This document shows positions 10,541 through 17,051 of a DNA stretch of 32,000 nucleotides, piece after piece. The position numbers and the translations under genes are program-made. The notes under the pieces were generated by a model. The model was given only the letters and a program-made list of their open reading frames with translations. It was not told where the DNA came from and did not search any database. This DNA is from Mycolicibacterium smegmatis. Lineage in GTDB: Bacteria > Actinomycetota > Actinomycetes > Mycobacteriales > Mycobacteriaceae. Position 1 is the first letter of the stretch. Each line of letters opens with the position of its first letter. Where the stretch lies: positions 4,050,001 through 4,082,000 of the forward strand of contig NZ_LN831039.1 in NCBI RefSeq assembly GCF_001457595.1. The letters run 5' to 3'.

Positions 10541-11184
10541 TCAGCCGGCAAATCTCGTCGAAATCGACTGCTCGGGAACCTGATCCAGTTTCTCCGCGAC
10601 CAAATTCAGCTTGGCTTTCATTCCGCTCGACCGCGCCGGCCCCGAGACGGCAGCGACGTTTTCGGCGACCACAGGACTGGCGCTCGCGGCCGCCACAGCC
10701 GCGCCCGCCTGCCTGTGTCACTCCCGGCCTACCGGGGCGCGACTGCCGCCCCAAAGTTCATCAGCCGTTGCATCTGCGCCGGACCGTGCTCGCGACGTGA
10801 CTTTTGGAACAAAATCCAGGCTCCGACTGCCATCCTCGCCCACCGCGTATTCGGTGTAGAGAGTCTGGTCGAGCAGTTCGGACAGGTGCACAGTCCGCAC
10901 CGACGATTCGAGCGTGAGATGCGGCGGCATATTGTCGCTGCCCGCACAGTACACATCGCACCCATGCCACAGGATCAACCGGCGCCCATCGGTCACCGCC
11001 ACCTCTTGCCACAACGAGGTTCCCCAGTCGTATTCGATCGTGTTGTCACTGAGCACGAACGACGTGGCCGCATCAAGGTCGACAACACGTGCCAGGGCTT
11101 CGAGCGCGATGTCGGCATCGCGTGGCCGATCAGGACCGCATCCCGAAGGTGCTCATAGCGGGCCCAGTCGAATTTGTCAGACAT
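10541..11184 (-). pseudogene. Disrupted hypothetical gene (one frameshift plus one in-frame TGA)
   Basis: There are three collinear coding-like pieces. (1) ATG 11184, MSDKFDWARYEHLRDAVLIGH... (2) After a frame change, ...DADIALEALARVVDLDAATSFVLSDNTIEYDWGTSLWQEVAVTDGRRLILWHGCDVYCAGSDNMPPHLTLE..., running to the TGA at 10718-10720. (3) The same frame then stays open for 58 more GC3-rich codons to the TGA at 10541-10543. Total length is 644 nt, not a multiple of 3. Confidence 0.35.
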
Positions 11185-11279
11185 GGGTCGCCATCAGCTT
11201 CCCGAACTGAAGGAGCCGCTCTCGACGGCGGCCGCTTCGCTTTCAAACACGTATGCTCGGCGCGGCTCAACGGCCGAAG

Positions 11280-11897
11280 TCAACTACCCAGCGGCCAGTT
11301 GACGGTAAAACCATGCCTAAGAACGAGTTCGGTCAGGACATCGAGGCGCTCAGCGAGCGGCCACAAGCGTATTCGGAACTGCTGGTGGGCGAAGAACGCG
11401 TAGTTGGCGGACTGTTGCGGAGTGGTGCGCGACCGGTAGACGATCGCGTCGAGGTCGGTCCACCAGCCGCGCGCGGCTTCGGCAAGACGTTGACAGGTGC
11501 CCCACACGGCGTCGTGTTGGCCGGTGCTGATCTGGTCGTCGACGTCGAGGGCGTCGAGGTTGCGCTCGGTGCGCAGGTCGAGTACGCGCATCGGGCGCCT
11601 GGTGACCAGCTCGCTCAGATAATGCCCAGCGTGGTCGGCGGGGATGACGAGCCCGGTGGCCCGGTAGCGCTCACGAAACGCCCCGACGAGATCCGCACCG
11701 GCATAACGGGTGCGGAAGGCCCCTGACGGCGGGTCGAAGCGGTGACGCGCTTCGGGGAAGCCATGCCAGTCCCACTCGTCGGGCGCGGCAGCTTCGACCC
11801 GCCACATCGTGGTGCCCGGCTGTACCGTTCGGCTCCGCAGCCCGCGGGGCCGGGTTGCGGGCAGCGGGTTGTGATAGCCGGGGAGGAGGTCAGGCAC
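11280..11897 (-). CDS. RES-domain toxin (MbcT/ParT-like NAD+-targeting family)
   Basis: R/E/S signature regions: ARHRFDPPSGAFRTRYAG, LVGAFRE, AIVYRSRTT. GTG at 11897 overlaps the antitoxin stop by 8 nt (GTGCCTGA). Product is about 205 aa. Confidence 0.8.
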   Translation of the reverse strand: MPDLLPGYHNPLPATRPRGLRSRTVQPGTTMWRVEAAAPDEWDWHGFPEARHRFDPPSGAFRTRYAGADLVGAFRERYRATGLVIPADHAGHYLSELVTRRPMRVLDLRTERNLDALDVDDQISTGQHDAVWGTCQRLAEAARGWWTDLDAIVYRSRTTPQQSANYAFFAHQQFRIRLWPLAERLDVLTELVLRHGFTVNWPLGS

Positions 11898-12405
11898 CGA
11901 GCGCGGTGAGGACTCGCCAAGCCGGCGCGGCGGTCGCCGCGTGATCGAGCGCCTCCACGATTGAGGCACCGTCCAGGTCGTCCCGTTGCAACCGCATGAT
12001 GCGGTCCGCTGCGACGGCGTCATCGGTGAAGTTCGCCAGCAGCTCGAGGATGCGCGGCAGGTCGGCGCGGAGCCGTCCGCCGTCGAACTGCCACGCCGGG
12101 AACCAGGTCTTGTTACCCACCGCGGCGCCGATCAGCCGTTTGCGCGTGCGGAGCCGATGCACTGCCTGCGGTGTCGCGTATCCGAGTCGTTCTTGCACAT
12201 CGGCGGTCGACAGCGCGCCGTCGATGAACTCCTCGATCAGAGCAGTCCGGCGCTGGTCGTTGAGGGCGCGCGCGGCCGAGCGTTCCAAGGTGCCCTGCGG
12301 GCCCGTCGGTGCGTCTCGCAGGGCGTCGAGGACCCGCACAAAACGCGCGTCGCGACGGGCCCGGGCCTCGATGTCTCGGACCAGCGGGGTTACGGCTGCG
12401 GTCAT
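11890..12405 (-). CDS. Xre-type antitoxin with C-terminal MbcA/ParS-like toxin-binding domain
   Basis: HTH segment STADVQERLGYATPQAVHRLRTRKRLIG, then WFPAWQF and a C-terminal ...ADRIMRLQRDDLDGASIVEAL... It sits immediately upstream of, and overlaps, the RES gene. Start at ATG 12405 (MTAAVTPLV). Confidence 0.75.
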   Translation of the reverse strand: MTAAVTPLVRDIEARARRDARFVRVLDALRDAPTGPQGTLERSAARALNDQRRTALIEEFIDGALSTADVQERLGYATPQAVHRLRTRKRLIGAAVGNKTWFPAWQFDGGRLRADLPRILELLANFTDDAVAADRIMRLQRDDLDGASIVEALDHAATAAPAWRVLTALGA

Positions 12406-12412
12406 GAGACCA

Positions 12413-12452
12413 ACAGTACCCGTCACGAGATCGAGTTGAAACAATTGAAACA
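12413..12452 (-). promoter_or_regulatory. Putative leaderless promoter of the Xre-RES operon, overlapped by a TTGAAACA direct repeat (candidate operator)
   Basis: On the minus strand: TTTCAA (-35, 12436-12441), 17 nt, TACTGT (-10, TANNNT type, 12413-12418), 7 nt, ATG (12405). Plus-strand TTGAAACA occurs twice (12436-12443 and 12445-12452) in an AT-rich patch. Confidence 0.4.
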
Positions 12453-12572
12453 CCGCGCGGCTCGGAGCTGGCACTGCACCCCAGGGCGTGTACAAGCTGA
12501 GGTGCGCCGACCTGTGGCCCCTCCCGCGAGTAAAGGTCGGCGGAGGTCACCACTTGTTGTGATCGGTAGCAC

Positions 12573-12602
12573 TTGTCATGGGTCATTATGGACAGACAGA
12601 TT
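12573..12602 (+). promoter_or_regulatory. Possible promoter of the seven-cistron operon
   Basis: TTGTCA (12573-12578), 18 nt, CAGATT (12597-12602), inside the only AT-rich patch of the 295-bp divergent intergenic region. Weak, pattern-based only. Confidence 0.2.
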
Positions 12603-12700
12603 GGGGTCGCACACCCCGCTGACGGCGAGTGAGCTGGTCGGAACAACGACAACCACGACCGCACCGTGGCGATTCCTCACCCGCCGGGAAGGGACGCGAC

Positions 12701-13531
12701 ATGCGCCAGCACCACCCGACGGGCTCGAAACCCACCGACTCGGCAACCATTTGGGCCACGCTCGCTACATCATCGCCGGCCCGTGTCGCCCGTCCTCGCG
12801 ATGTTCCCCGCCCGGAGTCGGTCGAGGAAGTCGCTGGGTGGGCGGGCAGCGAGGATCTGCGCCGCACTGAGCTGGTCTACGCGCCGGTGTTCTGGGTGCT
12901 CCTCCCCCTCGCCGCCATCGCGTTCCTTACCCATCAGGCGATCACGGACCCGACGGGTGCGGGGTGGAGCATCACGATCAACGGCGCGAGCCGCGACTCC
13001 TGGCCGGTCTGGGTGCCGTGGCTCGCGTGGATCGGCGTCAGTGTCTGGCTGCTCATCGCTGTCGGCGTCCTGCTCCTGCGCCTCAGCATCCTCCGAGATC
13101 TGCGGGACCAGAACGAGTGGATTTTCGAGCACGGCGTCGCGCACTCGATCCACCGTGCATCGGTGGATTACGAAGGCGAAGCGAGCTGGTCGACTTACAT
13201 CGCCCTCGACCACCGCCTCGATGACCGGCAGGCCGCACGGATCCACGCCGCGTTCGAGCAGTGGCTCTCGCAGGCAGGACTGCCGCCATCGGGCTCGAAG
13301 CCGATCGCCTCGACGACACTGTTCGGTGCGCAGGCGAAGGGCGGCTACTTCATCCTCCACCTGCCGGTATCCCAGACGGCCGGCGCCACCGCCGAACACG
13401 AGTGGATGCTCATCACCGAGCCACAGGCCGACGAGAGCGATGTGATCGTCACGCCGGTGCCTGTCCCGAAACGACTGCAGAAGATCCGCCGCAAGCTCCG
13501 TCGGAGAGCAGAACGCATGGGCACGTCATGA
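12701..13531 (+). CDS. Operon member P1: two-TM membrane protein with ~130-aa C-terminal domain; no family assigned
   Basis: ATG 12701 is preceded by GGGAAGGGA 6 nt upstream (ORF-track start 12629 is also possible). TM helices: VFWVLLPLAAIAFLTHQAI and VPWLAWIGVSVWLLIAVGVLLLRL. The tail is basic (KRLQKIRRKLRRRAERM). Its stop overlaps the next start (ATGA). Confidence 0.7.
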   Translation: MRQHHPTGSKPTDSATIWATLATSSPARVARPRDVPRPESVEEVAGWAGSEDLRRTELVYAPVFWVLLPLAAIAFLTHQAITDPTGAGWSITINGASRDSWPVWVPWLAWIGVSVWLLIAVGVLLLRLSILRDLRDQNEWIFEHGVAHSIHRASVDYEGEASWSTYIALDHRLDDRQAARIHAAFEQWLSQAGLPPSGSKPIASTTLFGAQAKGGYFILHLPVSQTAGATAEHEWMLITEPQADESDVIVTPVPVPKRLQKIRRKLRRRAERMGTS

Positions 13532-14148
13532 GTGGGTTCCGGATGATCACGCTGCGGAGCCTGACCGGCCCTGGTCCGCAGACCAGGGAATGGATGGCTC
13601 GGGCACGTACCCCGGAGACTCGCGCGGAGATTCGTCGGTGGTCACGGTGGGAGACGACGTCGGCGTGCCTTCTACTTGTCGGCGCGGCCTGTGGAGGCGC
13701 GACGCCGCTGAGCGGTCTGGGGCTCGCCGCCTGGCATGTCGTGCACGGCGACGCCCCGTGGCTGTGGTGGCTCCTCGGATCCCTCGCGATCACAGCGCTT
13801 TTCCTGATGGCCGGTTCGTGGCTGGGCTCCTACTCAAGCGACCGACGTTTGACGGTGCTCTATGCCGACGGACACGTCTCTATCGGGCGTCTCGACAAGG
13901 TCATCACCCAGCCGGGCGGCGGTGATGAGCAGACCAGCTACGACTTCGCCATCAGCGCAGAACTCTCCGATGGCGTCGTCCTGCACCGCGAGCTGCACTG
14001 GGGCGAGGACAGCAGCCTGCTCTACCCAGAGCGTTGGGTCCGCCGCACGATCCGGTTCCGCCACAACACCCTCGATCCGAATAACCTCGGGGATGTGCTG
14101 TTTGACGGCTGGGTGAGCGCGGACAACGGAGGCGCTCGTGACCGATGA
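13528..14148 (+). CDS. Operon member P2: TM hairpin plus beta-rich module (paralogue of P6)
   Basis: ATGA overlap at 13528-13531. Contains WMARARTPETRAEIRRW, two TM helices, and a module ending RTIRFRHNTLDPNNLGDVLFDGWV. Confidence 0.75.
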   Translation: MSGFRMITLRSLTGPGPQTREWMARARTPETRAEIRRWSRWETTSACLLLVGAACGGATPLSGLGLAAWHVVHGDAPWLWWLLGSLAITALFLMAGSWLGSYSSDRRLTVLYADGHVSIGRLDKVITQPGGGDEQTSYDFAISAELSDGVVLHRELHWGEDSSLLYPERWVRRTIRFRHNTLDPNNLGDVLFDGWVSADNGGARDR

Positions 14149-14521
14149 GTACGCAGAGTTCTGGGCCAGCCGGACGAACACATCACGGACCCTGGCACGG
14201 ATCCGCCTTCTATCAAGACTCGATGAGGCGAAGTTCGCAGACGGGCACTGTTCGGTCGGGGTGATCGACGCCGTCATGTCCAGAGAAGGCACTGACGGGC
14301 AACGTTTCACCACGACCCGCTACACGCTCACGGTGACGGCTGTACTCCCCGAAGCGACCACGATCCGCCGCCATATCGACTGGGGTGTCGGCGACTCGCG
14401 GGGTCGCGACAACACCTGGGCGGGGCGGCGGATCAGTTTCCGCCACAACTCCCGAGACCCGGACGACCTCGCCGACGAGCAGGCCGCCGGTCGGCCCGAC
14501 GGTGATGCGGAGCGATCATGA
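14138..14521 (+). CDS. Operon member P3: soluble beta-rich module only (paralogue of the N-terminal half of P7)
   Basis: GTG 14138 is preceded by ACGGAGG and overlaps the P2 end by 11 nt. Contains EAKFADGHCSVGVIDAV ... RRISFRHNSRDPDDL. No TM segment. Confidence 0.7.
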   Translation: MTDEYAEFWASRTNTSRTLARIRLLSRLDEAKFADGHCSVGVIDAVMSREGTDGQRFTTTRYTLTVTAVLPEATTIRRHIDWGVGDSRGRDNTWAGRRISFRHNSRDPDDLADEQAAGRPDGDAERS

Positions 14522-15162
14522 CCGGCAACGATCACAAGGAGCCGCTGCTCGTACGTACCGCAGAGAAGCTACTCGTCGGCTCGGGACCGCAGGCACCGTT
14601 CCTCGTCCGCCACGACTGGGCGATCCCGGCCATCGTGTTCGGCGGATGCGGCCTCTTCATGGTCCTAGCGCTGATCGCGAGTTTTCAGGGATGGGGCCCG
14701 GTGCTGATGTGGATCGTCATCGGGATCGGCGCGCTCTGCGTCGTACTGACGGTGCCCACGTTCGTCCAGATGTTCCGAGCAACCCGCGGTCCGCTGCCCG
14801 CGCTCGACCGGACCCCGCGAACAGCCAGGGTGGTCCTGCACGCAGACGACGCCGAGGGTGGGCAGACGATCCTCGTCGAATATCGCGATGCCGCAGGGGA
14901 AGGGCACGACGCGCAGCTCGCCGATGTCATCCACGAGTCTTGGGAAAAGCGGTTCTCTCCCGGCTCACGGTGGCAGGTCTACGCGTTCCGCGACCCCGAG
15001 CTCACCGACACTGTCGTGTTTCTCACCGAGGTCCACGACGATGTCTGGCGCGACGGGTGGAAGCTCGACGGGGTCCGCATCGGCGGCGAAGGCGGACCGG
15101 TCAAACCCGGCCCAGGATCCCCGTTCCTGCGTACAGGCTCGAAGTGGGAGTTCGCGTCATGA
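14518..15162 (+). CDS. Operon member P4: TM hairpin plus beta-rich module (paralogue of P5)
   Basis: ATGA overlap at 14518-14521. TM helices: WAIPAIVFGGCGLFMVLALIASF and VLMWIVIGIGALCVVLTVPTFV. Module: PLPALDRTPRTARV...ILVEYRDAAGEGHDAQL...WQVYAFRDPELTDTVVFLTEVHDDVWRDGW...GPGSPFL. Confidence 0.75.
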   Translation: MTGNDHKEPLLVRTAEKLLVGSGPQAPFLVRHDWAIPAIVFGGCGLFMVLALIASFQGWGPVLMWIVIGIGALCVVLTVPTFVQMFRATRGPLPALDRTPRTARVVLHADDAEGGQTILVEYRDAAGEGHDAQLADVIHESWEKRFSPGSRWQVYAFRDPELTDTVVFLTEVHDDVWRDGWKLDGVRIGGEGGPVKPGPGSPFLRTGSKWEFAS

Positions 15163-15781
15163 CCGCCACACCGCAGAGCCGCCAACCACAGCGGAAGCAG
15201 GGATCCGACGGTTCGATCTGGACCGACGGGGGAACCTGGTTCGGGCTGTTCCTTATCAGCTCGGTCCTGCTGGGCTGGGGCATCTTGTCCTTGCCGTTCG
15301 ACGGGGTCGTCCGCGGCGTGATGCTGTTCTTCGCCGTTATCGTGGCCGCGGTCGCCTGCGGCGTCGGGTGGCTCGAGACGATGTCGAACATGCCACTGCC
15401 TGCGCTGGACCACACCCCCCGCGTGGCACGTGTACGCGAGATCCGCGATGGGACCAACCCGACACCACAGCGGAAGCGGAGACGAAAAAGGTCATCGTCG
15501 ATTACGACGGAGCCGACGGGAAGACACACACAGCCTGGCTGGGCGATCTCATCAACGAGGCGTCGATCAACCGGTTCACTCCCAAGAGTCTGTGGCAGGT
15601 GTACGCCTTCGCCAACCCAGACCTCGCCGACACCATGGTCCTGCTCACCGAAAGGCATGACGACGTGTGGCGCGGCGGCTTCATGATCACGGGTCTGCAC
15701 GGCGATTTCGCATTCTCCGAAATTCGGCAGTCGGCACCAGGATCGCCGTTCCTCGATGGAAAGCGCAGGTTCGCCTCATGA
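15159..15781 (+). pseudogene. Operon member P5: paralogue of P4, reading frame broken once
   Basis: ATGA overlap at 15159-15162. The N-terminal part (two TM helices, MPLPALDHTPRVARV) is in one frame. The C-terminal part (TTAEAETKKVIVDYDGADGKTHTAWL...WQVYAFANPDLADTMVLLTERHDDVWRGGF...APGSPFLDGKRRFAS*) is in the -1 frame. The span is 623 nt, which is 2 mod 3. Confidence 0.65.
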
Positions 15782-16326
15782 ACCGCCGCACCACAGCGTG
15801 GATGGCCCTGGCGCGGACGCCCGAGACCCGGGCACGGATCCGCCGGTGGGCGTTACTCAAGCGCGTCTTCTTCGGGCTGGCCGGCCTGGGTTCGACGGCG
15901 TCGGTGACCATCATCGTCGTGGCGGCGATCCGCGAATTCCTCGGGGAGCCGGCCCCGTGGTGGGTCTTCCTCGCAGCCCTCGCTGTACTCGTGGTTTCGA
16001 TCCTCCCGTGGTGCCTCGCCTCGTTAAGGCTCGACGTCGCTCGGTATGCCGACGGCGAGGAAACTGTCGGCACCATCACCAAGATCGTCGTCGATGAGGA
16101 CACGGATCCAGAGGCGTTGCCCGCATACGACATCACGATCGCAGCCAGGCTTCCCGCTGGGGGCATCCATCGCACCTGCCGAGTGTCTGAGCGCACGGCG
16201 CCGAAGCCTGGACAGAGGGTCCGGTTCCGCCACAACACCGGTGATCCGGACGACCTTGAGGATGTGCTGTTCCTCGGATTCGTCGATGCGCCGAACACCG
16301 CACAGCGAGGAACGATGAATCCATGA
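15778..16326 (+). CDS. Operon member P6: TM hairpin plus beta-rich module (paralogue of P2)
   Basis: ATGA overlap at 15778-15781. Contains WMALARTPETRARIRRW, two TM helices, and QRVRFRHNTGDPDDLEDVLFLGFV. Confidence 0.75.
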   Translation: MNRRTTAWMALARTPETRARIRRWALLKRVFFGLAGLGSTASVTIIVVAAIREFLGEPAPWWVFLAALAVLVVSILPWCLASLRLDVARYADGEETVGTITKIVVDEDTDPEALPAYDITIAARLPAGGIHRTCRVSERTAPKPGQRVRFRHNTGDPDDLEDVLFLGFVDAPNTAQRGTMNP

Positions 16327-17051
16327 CCGAACGACACGCCGAGAAAAAGCCGCCCCTGTTGCGGCGGGTGTGGGAGGCGATCATCGGTGAGTTCACTCCG
16401 CCGTCGACGCCGCGCCCGACCCCGAGTGAGGCGGAGTTCGCCGAGGGATATCTTGCGGTCGGAATGATCAATGACGCGATCGAGGACGGCCCTGGTGGCG
16501 ACGTGCAGGGGCCTGACAAGCTCGTCATCAGCGCCGACATCCCCGGGCACGGAACCATCTACCGAACGAGGTCATGCCCGCTGTCGATGCCCGGCAGCGG
16601 CCTAAAACTCATCGGACACAGTATTCGATTCCGCCACACCACTTTCGACCCGGACTACAGCAACGACATCCAGGTGACACGGTGGCCACCCGAGGTCAGG
16701 AAGGCCCTGGAGCCGGTCCGCTACGAGGGCCCGGGTGCTCTGCGTGCGCGCGCGTGGGGCTTGCTCGCCGGTTGCAACTTCCTCGTCATGTGGGCCGGGA
16801 TCGCGCTCACACCGATCCTGCTGTGCGGCATCATCTTCGGCGGCGACATGTTCACCGACCTCCCCGCGTGGTTCCACCCCGGCGTCGCGCTCGCATCGAG
16901 CGTCGGCGCGGTACCGCTGGGGTTGTTTCTGGTCGCCGTCTGCAACGTGCACAGAGATGCCGCACTCTCCCGCACCAGATCCCGGAGGAGCCCGGGACAT
17001 GAAACGCGCAGTTCGTCGAGCGGGATCGCCGACGATGAGCCTTGCGGCTAG
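16323..17051 (+). CDS. Operon member P7: inverted architecture, N-terminal beta-rich module then C-terminal TM hairpin
   Basis: ATGA overlap at 16323-16326. Contains EAEFAEGYLAVGMINDAI ... HSIRFRHTTFDPDYSNDI, then TM helices WGLLAGCNFLVMWAGIALTPILLCGIIFGG and VALASSVGAVPLGLFLVAVC. Confidence 0.7.
   Translation: MTERHAEKKPPLLRRVWEAIIGEFTPPSTPRPTPSEAEFAEGYLAVGMINDAIEDGPGGDVQGPDKLVISADIPGHGTIYRTRSCPLSMPGSGLKLIGHSIRFRHTTFDPDYSNDIQVTRWPPEVRKALEPVRYEGPGALRARAWGLLAGCNFLVMWAGIALTPILLCGIIFGGDMFTDLPAWFHPGVALASSVGAVPLGLFLVAVCNVHRDAALSRTRSRRSPGHETRSSSSGIADDEPCG

Noticed and set aside
10718-10720. In-frame TGA as a selenocysteine or read-through codon
   Set aside because: No SECIS-like hairpin is evident immediately downstream, and the same gene also carries a frameshift. 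Decay is the simpler reading.
15483-15491. CGA-AAA-AGG (A5 run) as a programmed -1 frameshift site in P5
   Set aside because: It is not a canonical X-XXY-YYZ heptamer. No obvious downstream structure was seen. The paralogue alignment suggests the -1 frame is already correct upstream of the run (TTAEAE). A simple indel is more economical.
14385-15686. 433-aa plus-strand ORF running through P3, P4 and P5
   Set aside because: Only its last part (from 15159) matches a paralogue-supported protein (the P5 N-terminus). The rest is an Arg-rich out-of-frame reading of P3/P4.
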